The position numbers and the translations under genes were made by a program. Below the pieces are notes generated by a model. The model searched no databases. It was not told where the DNA came from and saw nothing but the letters and a program-made list of their open reading frames with translations. DNA of 63,199 nucleotides, filler included, from Conidiobolus incongruus B7586 (Eukaryota): assembly GCA_000697335.1 (NCBI GenBank). It is 11 parts of 11 records of this genome, joined end to end, with 100 filler letters (N's around TTAATTAATTAA, not from the genome) between each part and the next. Parts side by side here need not be neighbours in the genome. Positions count along the whole stretch, not along the records: positions 1 to 6,971 come from JNEM01000250.1; positions 7,072 to 14,044 come from JNEM01000251.1; 9 more parts are not named here. One strand, given 5' to 3'. Positions 1 through 14,144 of the stretch are shown piece after piece (the stretch's first letter is position 1; every line of letters starts with the position of its first letter).

Positions 1-761
1 TTATATTAATTTAATATAAATTTTTTAATTATATTTTAATATATTTTATTTAACTATAATTACTTTGGTTTTTTCTAAGCTTATATTAAATTTAAAATAT
101 TTACTTTATACTTTTAATAATTAATCTAAGTTTAAGTTATAATATATATAAAATACTAAAATAATAAATATTTAATTATTATAGTAATTTTGTAATTAAA
201 ATTAAAAAAATTTTATTTAATATTTTTTTACTTTTAAAATAATAAATCTAATAATAAATAGTAGTTTTAAATATAAAATTATTTTTATGAGTTATTTTAT
301 AAATCTTAAATGACTTTATAAAGTTTATAGTTAAGTTTAATAATATCAAAATAAAAGATTTTTGATATTTATTATTTAATATAAATATAATTAAATTAAA
401 TTTTAAATTTTTAAGTAAAATATTTTAATAAAAAAATAATTATTAATAAATAGTTTAAAAATATTAATCTTCTTATATATTATATATATAATTTATTTTT
501 CAAAATTATCATCAAGTTTGAAAAATCAGAAATTAAAAAATGTGCCATTTATTTTTTTTTCTAAACAAATAATAATTCAAATTAGTAAATATAATAAATG
601 CTATTTAATATATAATTTTCAAATATGTTTTCCTACATTATTCAATTAAATTATTAATAATATTTTAACCCAAGGTAAAATAAAGTAATGATTTTTTTTA
701 AATTTTTTAAAAGCTATTGTATATGCAATTTAATAATACATTGTAATATAAATTATTTAGT

Positions 762-2366
762 TTAATTATTAGATTGATCAGATGTTTTCAAACTCTTGTG
801 CTGTAATGGTAGCAGTGTGATTGAGCTGGCAATCGCGAAAGGAATCATTGAGATAAACACCCATTGTAATCCTCCTGAGTATGCTGTTTTAACAATTTCA
901 TAATCTTTGCGAGCAAGGCTAGGCACTTGAAACACCGATCTCGTAGCAATATAAATTACTTCATGATTCACTTTGTTTTTCAAGTAAGCTTCGATAAAAT
1001 TGTTTAAAACACAGCTTTGAATGGCTACACCCAAAATACCTCCAAGCTGGCGAGCGAAAGTGATGTTCGACGTGATAATTGCAATCAATTTAGGTGATGT
1101 ATGGGTTTGAGCCGCGATTAAAGTGGATTGGTATTCAATACCTAAACCAATTCCTACAACAAATTGGTAACCAAGTTGCATGCCAAGATTAGTATTCTCA
1201 TCCAAAGTAGAAATAAGTCCTATTCCAATAATAGTTATAAACGCTCCAGCGTACAAGAATGGTCTGAAAACTCCTGTTTTACTAATTGCATTGCAAGAAA
1301 TAACACTTGAAATTGATACAGAAAGGACGAAGGGTAAGGATTTGACACCAGCCGTAGTAGCTGACTCCATTTGAACAGTTTGAAAGTAAATCGTCAAGTA
1401 ATAAGTTAATCCAAACAAAATAAATCCTTGTAAGAATGTAGTTAATATTGTAGATATTGTATTGCGATTAAATACTGCTAGAGGAATAATTGGATCAACA
1501 GCAAATTTCCATTCGACAAGAGCAAATACAATCACTAATATGACACCAACGCATAATGTCACAATGATTATGGCAGAATTCCAAGGATAAGTGTGACCAC
1601 CCCAGTTGATACCTAATAGAAGGCAAACAACTGATCCCATTAACACAATTGATCCAAGGAAGTCGATTTTCTTCAATTTTTCAACCAAGGATCCAGAAAT
1701 TGGAGCGAATTTGACGAATATCATCAGCATAGTAATCGCTACTGCTCCAACTGGTAAGTTCACATAAAACGACCAGCGCCATGAAGCATGATCAACGAAT
1801 ACTCCTCCCAAAAGAGGACCAATCACATTCGATACACTGTACACTGAACCGATCACACCCAAATACTTACTTCTTTCTTCCAAAGGTACCATATCGCTAA
1901 TGATAATCATACTCATAGTCACCAAACCTCCACCACCGAGCCCAGCAACAGCTCTGAAAATAATTAGGACAATAATATTTGGAGCTGCACCGCAGATGAT
2001 AGATCCTCCAAGAAAAGTGATTATAGCAAAGAGGAGCATAGCTCTTCTACCGAACACATCCGACAGCCTACCATATAAAGGCTGACAAGCTGATGCAGTC
2101 AGCATATAAGCAGTGATAACCCACGCAATTTTATCAAGCCCTGTAAAATCAGAAGTGATCGCGGGTAATGCAGTTGCAACAATAGTCATGTCTAAAGCGC
2201 CCAAAAAGATACACAAAGCAAGCCCCACCACAGCAACTATAATTTGACTTTGAGAAGGAGTTTCCAAAGTGGTTGTAATATCGATTTGCTTAGATTTTTC
2301 ATTAATTGGAATCACTGATGAATTGGATCCCGATTCCAAATCTGACCATGAATTATTCGAACTCAT
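762..2366 (-). CDS. MFS transporter, DHA2 (14-TMS drug:H+ antiporter-like) family, 534 aa, intronless
   Basis: Motifs LGALDMTIVATALP, motif A GRLSDVFGRR, GPLLGG and WRWSFYVNLP; about 14 hydrophobic segments. Confidence 0.93.
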   Translation of the reverse strand: MSSNNSWSDLESGSNSSVIPINEKSKQIDITTTLETPSQSQIIVAVVGLALCIFLGALDMTIVATALPAITSDFTGLDKIAWVITAYMLTASACQPLYGRLSDVFGRRAMLLFAIITFLGGSIICGAAPNIIVLIIFRAVAGLGGGGLVTMSMIIISDMVPLEERSKYLGVIGSVYSVSNVIGPLLGGVFVDHASWRWSFYVNLPVGAVAITMLMIFVKFAPISGSLVEKLKKIDFLGSIVLMGSVVCLLLGINWGGHTYPWNSAIIIVTLCVGVILVIVFALVEWKFAVDPIIPLAVFNRNTISTILTTFLQGFILFGLTYYLTIYFQTVQMESATTAGVKSLPFVLSVSISSVISCNAISKTGVFRPFLYAGAFITIIGIGLISTLDENTNLGMQLGYQFVVGIGLGIEYQSTLIAAQTHTSPKLIAIITSNITFARQLGGILGVAIQSCVLNNFIEAYLKNKVNHEVIYIATRSVFQVPSLARKDYEIVKTAYSGGLQWVFISMIPFAIASSITLLPLQHKSLKTSDQSNN

Positions 2367-5027
2367 TTCAAGTATTCAAAACAAAATATTATATCACAAC
2401 TAAAGAATAATTGTCCTAAGTTCACGGTCCTCAGTACTCTTTAAATATTATTCCAACATTCCATTAATATAATAAATTTTCAACTATTTAATTGAATTAA
2501 TGCAGTTACAAAAGTCACATTTGAACAATTAGATGCTAAAATGATGCTATTAAATTGATTTTTAAGTATTAGCAAATACTCATCACCTTGAATGGTTTCA
2601 ATCGGCTTTTTTTACGCCCGATAGTTTTAGATTAATAAGTATTTCTCCTAAATATATTTGGCTGCGTGAATTAATTTAGATTTTAGAATTATATTTACGT
2701 ATACAGTTTTAATTAGCATTTGGGAATAAATTTAATCGGTGAAATATTCTAATAACTACACTCTTCTTTAATTTAAGAATAATATCATCTCAAGATACAA
2801 TAACTATTAATAAAAAATTCAATTAACTCATTATTTTAAATTGACTATTACTAAGATCAAATCAAAGCATCAATTAGCAATCAATGCTTGAGGTTCTATT
2901 TGGTGAAATTTTGATTATATGATTTAAGTCCAAATAGGTTCACTAGTTTATTTTAATCTCGCATTAAATTTATGCAATGGAATTCCACATTTCAATATCA
3001 TTTTCATTGTTAATTTGAAATTTTATTAAATACAATTAGAAAATGAACTTGAAGTGTATAAATACTTGGATGAACATATGCGGGATACTTATTTTGTAAT
3101 ACAAGGAATATATTCAAAATTATTCCTCTACAATTTAGGAATTTATTAAAAACTGACGGGCTTTTAATATGCATACTCCCAAAAAAATTTACATTTTACT
3201 GCAATTTGATAAATTTTAAAAAATAATATCATTTATATTTTCAATAATTTAATTAAATTTTCAAATCCTATGGCATAATCAGTCTACATAGTGATTTTTT
3301 CCAAATTTGATATTATGATAAAAATATATAATGTAATTGATCCAAAATATCAAGAAGAAATATATAATTAGTTGTATTTAATATCTGAAAATATAGGGAC
3401 ATTAATCAACTAAAATTAAATGACCAATTTTTTTATAAATATCTATTATCTCTTATTTCCAACCCATTTGACTTAAATTTAGTAGGTCAAAGCAAAATTC
3501 AAATTCAATGATAAGGAAGGTATAATAAAGATTATGAAAAATATTTAATATTAAACATGAAACATTCAACCATCCTTTTGTAATTTTTCTATATTTATTT
3601 CAATTATATTTCAACAGACATTTGAGACATAGTAAATTTGGATCGAAATCCTTCCTTTTCAGTTATATAAAGTCACAAAGTTTAATTATTAAATAAACAC
3701 AACAAATATCTATTAATATTAACTTTCACTCAATATTAAACATTTTTTTAGCCTAAATTCCAATATAACTTTGTTCAAGTTAAAAATCAAAATTATGTTT
3801 AATATTTTTAATTATTGAAATCCTTAAAATTTCAAAATTATAATTTTATATTTTAAATTTCAATAATAAAAATAATTTTTATTTAGAAATTTAACTCTAA
3901 TATGGACTTTAAAATATATAATTATTCATATTATTATAAAAATTTATTAAATCTATTTTAATTTGATAGAGTTTGCGTATTATTATTTATGTATTGAAAT
4001 TCAAAAGTAGTAATATAAATTTATCAGAAATCACATGGTATTAAAATTCTGTTCCAGAATATATTAAGAATTATGTCATTTTTGTATAAAAAACTACTTA
4101 TTATCCTAATATAAATAACTTTTGTTTAAATTTTCCATTAATTAAAATCCAGAATTATTAAATACATCATAAAACATTATTCATTAAATATAATGCAACT
4201 AAAACCATAAATCTTTACATTGATTTGTACATCGAAAATATAAATAAACTATGATAAAAGGGCCGATATTTAATACCAATAGCTGGTGATATATTGAAAA
4301 TAATCAATATACCTAACAAAAATCTTATAATTAATGACTGTAAAATACACAGTTGGAATCAGATTAATTGAAGTAATGATCAAGTAACTATCCTAAGTTA
4401 AGTAAATATAATTTAAGATAAATATATGTCAATATTATTTAAACAATTAATCTTCTATTGCGTCTGAAATTTATTGCAAAATATTTTATTGATATAAATA
4501 CTAGTTATTCTAGCTCAATGACATTATCATTTCTTCTAATTCTTTGAAAAGACGAACACAATTTTAAATGTAAATTGAAAAAATTTTGAATCAAATATCA
4601 TTTTAAGATCTAAAAATCCATTAAGTTTCTAAGAAATGTTCCAAATAAAATATGCCTAATTTTACAATATTATATATATTGGTATAATATAAAATCAAAA
4701 TCCAAACTAAAATTTATACTTTCAACCAATGAATGTATTGATTCAATAGAATCAATCTCATACACATATTAAATATGAAAATTTAATACAATTTTAAGAG
4801 GATTGTAAATTCAGAATTAAGTGAGGTTCTCAGTCATAACATTAAAAAAATAGAGATATTCGATATAAATAGATCATATTCTGTATTGGTGCTAGTTAAA
4901 TTGCCTTTGTGGAATAAGTTTTTTTAACATAGGTTTACCAAATATTAAAGGTAAAAATTATTAGAGCAGATTTATGTGTAATAAAATTATTTGATATGTA
5001 TTATCTGAATAATAAAAATATTATAAA

Positions 5028-6500
5028 TTATTTAGTTTCGTCGTTTAGTGAACCATTAGTCCGATTTGAAATTTTTAAATCCTTGTGTTGCAATGGTAAC
5101 AAGATAATAAAACTAGCAATAGCAAATATAGTCATCGAAATATATACCCATTGTAATCCTTTAAGGTATCCTGATTGATCAAGACTCAAATTCTCAGGAG
5201 AAAGATTAGATATATGAGATAGAAATTTGATAGCGATTTCAAATACTTCATGACTCACTTTGAAAGTTAGAAAGGAATCAATGTAATTGCTTAAATTGAA
5301 CTTTGGATGATAACACCCAAAATCCTCCAAGATGTCGAACAAATGTGACGTTTGATTTGACAATTGTAACTAAATGGGGCGATGTGTAAGATTTGGCTGC
5401 GGTTGTAATTGGCTAATATTCATATCAAGACCAATGCAATGAGCAATTAGTAACCAAGCTGCATTCCTATATGAAAGCTTTCATTAAAAATAGAAATGAG
5501 CCCTACCCCTGTACAAAATAAAATTGCTTCGATGAACAGAATAGGTTCGTAGACTGCTGTGTTACTAACAATAATTCTCCACAAAATACTCAAAACTATT
5601 AAAGAAAAGAGAAAAGATAATATTTTGAAACAAGAAACAGTGGCTGACTCCATTTATATAGTTTAAAAATAAATCGTCAGATAATAAATTAGTCCAAAAA
5701 TGTATATATCCTAGTAAAGAGGTGGTTACATCCAGATATGGTATTATGATTAAAATCTTCTAAAGGAATAACAAGATTAAGAGTAACTTTTCATTCGATA
5801 AGAGCAAATAAAATCACCAAAGCAGAGCCTACACACAATAGAACAATAATAGTGATAGAATTCCATGTATAAATGTGGCCATCCAAGTTAATATCAAATA
5901 AAAGACAAATAACTGAACTCATTAATACAGTCGATCCCAAGAAATTGATTTTCTTGGACTTTTCAATAATAGTTCGTGAAACTGGAAGAAATTTGACCAA
6001 TGCTACAAGCATTATAATATCAGCTCCATTAATGAGTGAATTTACCAAGAATTAGCGGTCTCATATAACATGATCAACGAGAGTATACCTCCAAAAAGGG
6101 GACTGACTATAACTGAAACGCTGTACACTGTAGAATACATGCTGAAATACTAGATTCTCTAATTTAATGGGATCATATGGAAATAACTATGCTCAAAATT
6201 GTTAAACAATCATCCAAATTTCTATCAATATCGTGCAAAATAATTAAAACGATATTTCTTAGGACAACACCATATCCAATTGATCTACAAAAAAACTATT
6301 TACAGTGAAAAGGAGGGTAATTCGTCTATCAAACTAACCATACAAATGATCATATAAAGGCTGGCAAGCTTATTCAATGATTATATTAGCCTTAATGGTC
6401 AATGAAACTTTCTTAAAGACCTTAATTTTGATATGATTGGTGGCAAAGTTATTGCCACAATATTCATATATAAAGTATTTAAAAAATTTACATACAAATA
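5028..6500 (-). pseudogene. Degenerate tandem paralogue of the MFS/DHA2 transporter
   Basis: Colinear ORF fragments match the intact copy (KINFLGSTVLMSSVICLLF vs KIDFLGSIVLMGSVVCLLL; GMQLGY; GLQWVYISMTIFAIAS vs GLQWVFISMIPFAIAS; LLPLQHK) but are broken by stops and frameshifts. The 5' boundary is approximate. Confidence 0.88.
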
Positions 6501-6971
6501 AGAGTTATTATTATTTTGATATTATTGCAAAATATAAAAAATTTACATAATAAATAAAACAATTTATGAGTTTAATAAAATAAATCTGTTATTATATAAT
6601 TTATCATTATTGAAAATTTTGATTTTGAAATTTATTTATATATTTTATTATATTTATATTATATAATATTTTCCAAATATTTTCCAAATATTTTTTATTT
6701 TAATACTATTCAATTTTAATTGTAATCCTTTTAAATTAATTAAAATTTATAAATAACTTATTGAAATTTTATTTTATTTATATTTATTATATTTAATTAG
6801 GAATATTATTTGAATATTAAAATACAAATTATATAAAATTTATCAAAACCAAAAAAATTCTGTTAGTGATTAATTATAAAAATTATTCAAGTTAAATATA
6901 TTATAAATAAACTATTCTTTATAGCTACAAAGTTATCCAAATATCTTAATATTGATTATATAAAAAATTAT

Positions 6972-7071
6972 NNNNNNNNNNNNNNNNNNNNNNNNNNNNN
7001 NNNNNNNNNNNNNNNTTAATTAATTAANNNNNNNNNNNNNNNNNNNNNNNNNNNNNNNNNNNNNNNNNNNN
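6972..7071. other. Artificial contig linker / gap
   Basis: 44 N + TTAATTAATTAA (stop codons in all six frames) + 44 N; identical at ten sites. Confidence 0.97.
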
Positions 7072-10000
7072 GTAATTTTATATGATTTTATTTTTTGCTA
7101 AACTAATAGATTATTTTATTTTATTTAAAATATAGGATATTTTTATTAAATATATTAAATATAAGATTTAATCAAATTATAATCAATAAATAAAAACTCA
7201 AAATAGTTTAATTATTATATTCTTAATTTATTATCAACAAATAACTTTATAATATAAATTTTATTTTATTTTTTACTTTGAAAATTAATAATAGATTGAA
7301 AATTAAAGATTATCAATATAAAGCAATTTGGTTTTTTTATACAAAATACAAATATGAAATTGAATATAAAATTTAAAGATACTATTTAAATAAAATATAT
7401 ATAGTATTTTATAAATTATTATTCAACTATAATCAAAATCACTTTTTCACCAATATAATATTGAATTATTATTTAAATTTATTTTTTTGAAAATTGTCTA
7501 TATTCTTATTAGTAAATATTCAGTATCATTATTATACCAATGATCCCCAGATATAATATAAAATGAAGTTATATTTAATTTTTATTAAGATTAATGTATA
7601 TGTAAAAATCCAATAAGCTGATATATAACATTTAAATAAAAGTTTCAAATTCATAGAAATTTGATCAATAATAGGTATTAAAGATTGACAGCAATTATCA
7701 ATCGATTTGAAATCATATGTATCAATTTTAACAACCATTATTTTCAATATATATAATATATATTGAATATATTGAATTTTTTAAACTATCATTTAAGTGT
7801 TATAAAGTTTTAAACCACTAGCTGCGTTTTAGCAATGATCACATCATTATTAATTGATTATTAAGTAAAAGAAATCAAACAATTTTGTTGAAATTGTCAA
7901 AGATTTCCATGATATTTATTGTCAAATTATCACAAATATTCATATTTAATAATCGATTCAATTTTAAATTTCTTAATTCGGAATATCAAATTTTAATAAT
8001 GTATATTGAATTTTAAATTGTTAATTTATGATTTGTGCAAAATTTAATTAATTGAATAGACCAGTTGAAAATAACTCAAGTTAATATGAATTAGACGAAA
8101 AATGAATTATACTTAGTTCATCTTATAATTATAGTATATGTTACCTGTATAATTATTTAAAAAAATATCCTATTGCTTTATTATATTATTTCAATATAAT
8201 ATTTATAGCTAAAATTCAAAAATTGACATTATTAATGTTAAAAATGTATTTATATAAATTTTCAAAAATATATTATCGGGACAATCTCTTGCTCTGATCT
8301 TAATAGCTTTGTTTCAAACTGAACTAAGAAATAAATGAGACATTTGTGTCAAGAATGTGAACAATAAGAATTGCACGCTCAATTGATTTGCAAAATAAGC
8401 CACCCATTATAAATTAATTGGTATAAAAATAGTTCTCAGACAACCTATATTAAATATTCTATCTTATTTTGTTCTCCAAAATATAAAATCTCTTTTTCTT
8501 ACTTCTAGCTTCTTTAAGTCATTATAAAGATACTGGCATGTGATGATTATTTCCAGCAAAGTTTTTAATTATGCCTAATTTGTTCTAACTCCCAATCTTA
8601 AAAATAACTAATTTATTTAATCGCATATCTTATAACCCTCTAAAAGACTATTTTTCTCATTCTTACCAGAAGTCATCACTCTCATGAAAAGATAACTTTG
8701 AAATAATCATGATCTCAATTATATTGAATAGATGAATTGCATTTTAAAATATAACATTAATTTTGATAAAGCACAGTTATGCAATACTCAATTATCCACT
8801 ACAGTAAGTTAATAACTATTATGTACTGAAGATTATCAAATATTTTTAAAGTTGAGAATAATTGAATATGTTGATATTTTCATGTTAGAAACTAAGTATA
8901 TCTTAATATCATATTGGAAAAGTATATAATGATGCTTAAATAATTATATAATGTGATAAAATTCAAACTTAATAGTTTTATGCAAGAACCAATGCAAGAA
9001 ATGTATATGCGTGTTCAAACCTTATTTTCTACTTTTATATATAATTATGTTAGTAAAAAAATAAAATTATATATTAAATAATCTAATCTTATACTTAATT
9101 TTATTTCAACTTTTATCAATTCTGACTAAATACCATTCTCATTATATTTAACAAAATTATAAATTATAATTATTCAATCTGATTTCAATATGCTATAATA
9201 TATTTATTAATATAAAAATTACAGACAGAATATATATATAAAGTTTTATTTAAAAACAGTATCATTTTTAAATGATATACCAAATTTATTATAGATTTTT
9301 TAATTTATAGATTTATTTACCAATTCAGCAAAATTAATCATGATATTAAAACTCAATATTATATTAATTGTTTTGATTTTTTATTAATATTTTATTCTCA
9401 TTGTTCAATTTTACATACAATCGACATACAAATATTTCATTATTGGTCAAGTGTTTAGAGTAAAACATTGATTCCGATTGGTTACCCAAGGTTTCAACTA
9501 GACTTTCTACAAAGTTTTTTCTTAATTTTACCGATTCATAGATCTAGTGATTAATCAATCCCATTTATATGAAAGGTAATTAAAATTCCAATACTGAATA
9601 TATAATATCATAATTTCACTAATAATTATTGATATATAATACAGAACTCTGTCCAATACTCTTAATATATTATGTATAGTATATTCACAAACACTAATTT
9701 TTTATGTGTACTTAGTGGTTTCGGATAAATTTCCTTTATAAAATAGGAAAATAATTTCTAGAATTAACAGTATATTAAGTATAATAAAATGCAAATTGTA
9801 AATCTGGAAATATAACTTCTCAAAGAAATATTTAATATTATCAAAAATTTTATAATGAATATAACATATTAATATTCAAATTCCACAATTTAGAAATACA
9901 CAAAAATCAAAATAATATTATATATTAAACTGACTTTAAAAGTATTAATTTTTTACATTTTTTTAGAAAATGAATTATTAATCAATTATCCAATCAATTC

Positions 10001-10356
10001 CTAATTTCAATTATTTATAATGTAATGAATAATACAATAATGCAAATATTCGAATGGATATGATTTCATAATTACTATGGATTAGAATTATTTTCAAGTT
10101 TCAAGCTTTTGTCTAAAGAATTTACTAAGCTTTCAATATTATATAGAGCAAGAAGAAAGAATATAATGAACTAGTACTTCATATTGCAAACTGATATGAT
10201 TTTGTTTTACTCATCCACAATATCATTCATATTGAAATATATTTACAAATGTGATTAAGAGTGGGAAAATAATTACATGCAAGTTTATCCGGAAAAAATG
10301 GTATAAATATCTGATCATTCCCATTTTGCCAAATTCAAACTCAATTTAAAAAAGCA

Positions 10357-12044
10357 ATGCTCACATCAAATACAATACCCATCGCTTTACCACGACTTCA
10401 GGACTACGACATAGATCCTCATAATGGTTTTTTGCCCTCTACGCCCCCTCTTTCGCGCTTGCCAGATAGCTACTATGACCCTTGGGAAGACGTTATAAAT
10501 AATTTAAACTCTCTCCTTTTGATCGGAAAGCTCAGAGACAAAGTTCAAAAGGTAAATTTTAAGCTTTCATTAATTGTTATATATTCTAAATATTCCTTAG
10601 TTGCCTTTGTTAGAAGTGGATAGGCTCAAAACCCTTAAAGAATACCAGAGAGCCTATGTGATCCTCGGGTTCATTACTCATGCCTATATATGGGGTAAAA
10701 ATGAGCCAGTTAAGGAGGTACTTTTTTCTGCTTTTATATTGTTTTTTCTGGTCACTTATTAAAGTTTTTTAGGTTTTACCTGCTTGTGTAGCGGTTCCTT
10801 TCTGCAAGGTTTCGGATTATTTGGGACTTCCACCTGTGATGACTTATGCTTCAAGTACTCTTTGGAACTGGCACCTTCTAGATCCTACTGAGCCTATTAG
10901 TGTTGATAATATGGTTATGACTTATACCTACAGTGGATCAACTGATGAAATGTGGTTTTATCTTATTTCTGTTCAAATTGAGCATTTTGGCGGAAAAGTG
11001 TTAGATAATATGATTAAATCGATCCAAGCTGCACAAAATTGGGATTTAGAAGGTCTTGCCAAAAATCTCGGCATTATAGCCGAAACAATTTCCTTAATTA
11101 ATAAGACTCTTTTAAAAATGCATGAGAAGTGTGATCCATATGTATTTTACTGGAAGGTTCGTCCTTATTTAGCAGGCTGGGAAAACATGCAGACCGCTGG
11201 TCTTCCACATGGAATCATTTATGAAGGTGTAGATTGTCCTGCTCCAATAATAAATCCGGATCAAGTTCCTCCTTCCCAATTTAGACAATACGCCGGAGGC
11301 AGTGCAGCACAGTCCTCTCTGATACAAGCTATTGATGTGTTTTTGGGAGTTAACCATTATCCTACCTCATCCGAATGGAGAGAGTGGAAAAAGAACCCAG
11401 AAAAATATAATCCCTCCAAGCACGTCAACTATTTAATGAAGATGCGCGACTATATGCCCAATTCCCACAGGCAGTTTTTATATGATTTGAAGTCTGCTTT
11501 CGATATAAGAGCCTTTATTGATCAATTGAAACGCGACATTTCATCGCCTATTATTGATAGAGTTGTAGCAAATTACAATTTGGCTGTTAACAACATTAAA
11601 GAGTTTAGGGATAAACATATCTCCATTGTTACGAGATACATTGTCCTTCCTGCAAAGAAAGGGCCTTTCCTTGGAAGTTACAACGTTGGTGTTACCGCCG
11701 AACAACCCCCTGAAACGATTACGGACAGTTCCAGCCACTCTTTGCCAACTGCATCACAAAATACTACCATTCATAAATCAGAACCTTCAACAACAAAGCA
11801 ATCAGGAGTATTACTTTCCAAGTCTCCTAATGGTGATATCTTATATCCTCAGCGCACTCCACATACTCTAGAGAGCACTATCCAACGTATGAATCGACTT
11901 GATTTCAGAAAAAAGAGTGACTCCAGCCATGGAATTGCTAAGCATGTTGCAGAAAATGACACTTTACGGGGAACTGGAGGCACTGACTTGATCCCCTTTC
12001 TCAAGCAGGCTCGAGATGAAACTTTTGAAACTCGCTTTACTTGA
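10357..12044 (+). CDS. BNA2: Indoleamine 2,3-dioxygenase (Bna2-like), 3 exons: 10357-10551, 10601-10717, 10773-12044; about 527 aa
   Basis: Motifs GFLP, HAYIWG, GLPPV..YA, RPYLAGW, YAGGSAAQS, FRDKH (proximal His) and RGTGGT..IPFLKQ; two GT-AG introns restore one frame. Confidence 0.92.
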
Positions 12045-12915
12045 TCCATTTTCAAAATTAATATTCTTATTTGTTATTTTATTTAAGTTTTATATTTTAA
12101 ATAATATAACTTTCAATCATTCGCTATTATATCATTTCACACTCAATACTATTTGCTACTTAAGCCATAAATCAATTATTTACATCTTGATTAATGCAAC
12201 AATGTTTAATTTAATACGATAATATTTCACTTTTTTGAGCTTTGCAGTAATGCGTATCAAGTCTAGGTAAAGTAAAAAGCTGAACTTGGATTAGAATTCG
12301 CAAGTGATTCTGACATAATATAACCCTCATAAGTGATAAGTCAATAAACTAAATGATAGTATTATTAATAGATTAAGAAACAAGGTTTTTTATTTCTTTA
12401 TTTCGATCACTCACTACAAGTATACATGAGCATTAGTCCTAATGAGTATGAAACCTTATTTAACTTTGGTTTTTTAAAATATTTAATTAACTCTTATATT
12501 AAAAAATCTGTTTGGGTTAAATTCAACATATTTAAAAGTACAAATTATAAAAATATTGAATAATTATATTTATCTTGTAATCATTTTGATTTTTAAATTT
12601 ATTTTAAATTAATTCTTTTTAAAATGAAATTTTTATTTTAAATGTTCAATAGATTTAATAGGTATACATTCCAAATTTTATATTAAGAATAACTAAAATT
12701 ACTTAAAGTTGGTAAATTTGGTAATGTTCATTTAATTGTTATTTATTACATATTGATGAAATATGATAATATTGATGTTATGAAAATATATATTTTTAAA
12801 TACTACAAAAATTTGTTAAAAGAACAATTTCATAATATCTTAATAGTTTTTGGTTTATAAAATTTCCTGGCATCACCTAAATTAGTCTATTTGGTGTATT
12901 TATTCAAGGGTTATC

Positions 12916-12942
<27 letters not shown>
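12916..12942. repeat. (TA)n microsatellite
   Basis: About 13 perfect TA units. Confidence 0.85.
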
Positions 12943-12947
<5 letters not shown>

Positions 12948-14044
12948 CTTGATAGTATTTATTACTAATTTATGATTCCAACTAGGGCGATATCTTAAAA
13001 TTGGAGAATATTAGATTATGATTAATATCAAATGAAGCAATTTGAATCGAAAATTAATTAATATTTTTAAGCAAAGATGTTTTTCATCTTATGAAAATAT
13101 TTAATATAAATATTAATATATTCCTTTGATTTTAGACGGCACCCATGATTCTTGAGGTAATTATTAAATGTTCCCAAATAATATAAAAAATATCTTAAGA
13201 ATCCTTTTTAACTTCAACAACAATAATTAAAAACACGGTTAAATAAAACATAATGAGTATAATTTTTTATTGATATTTCAAAATATTTACCTTTGGTATA
13301 TAGAATTTTATCTGATTGATTTCAATTATAAATTGATATAAAAACCCTTCAGAATAACTTTTTTCATTGTGAATCTGAAAAAATATTATAATAAAAAATT
13401 ATTATTCAATCCGTGGAAATCACTACAAATATATGCTTTTAAATAAATACACAAAATATTATATGATATTGAATTATATATAGATATCTGAATAAATAAC
13501 TATCAGGTTAAATAAATAATTTTGAAACCTAAGCTTTTTTAATCTCCAAAACCAATGAGGTTTACTTCAATATTCATTATCATACTTTAAAGGTAATTCA
13601 ATTTAATATAATTTTTAATTATTTGTCAATATATTTTGATAAGTTTAATCGAATATATTTCATTATGAAAAGACTAGATCTTGAATCTCTTATTATATTC
13701 AGTATTATTGGTCTATAATTAATCAATTTTAAACAATAAAATAATAATTATATTCATTTCAAATAATTTTATTTAATATAAATTAAATTTTTGAATTTAA
13801 TAATAATGATACCATCTATCATATATTAGTATTAATTTTGATTATTATTAACTATTAATTTTAAAGTTAAATATTTTTATTCATTAACTTTATTAATAGA
13901 ACCATTATAAAAATATAAAATCTAATATACTATTGATTATAATATATTTCCTTTTATATCATAAGTAATTTTATTTTATTTTAATATATAATTATAATAA
14001 CCAAAATATTTATTTAGTTTTTCTTATTCTATTTTATTAAATAG

Positions 14045-14144
14045 NNNNNNNNNNNNNNNNNNNNNNNNNNNNNNNNNNNNNNNNNNNNTTAATTAATTAA
14101 NNNNNNNNNNNNNNNNNNNNNNNNNNNNNNNNNNNNNNNNNNNN
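14045..14144. other. Artificial contig linker / gap
   Basis: Same 100-bp N/TTAATTAATTAA/N spacer. Confidence 0.97.

Noticed and set aside
8270..8720. Slightly GC-richer patch with a minus-strand peptide MGGLFCKSIERAILIVHILD resembling a GTPase segment
   Set aside because: It is too short, flanked by stops and has no G1/G3/G4 motifs, so it cannot be supported.
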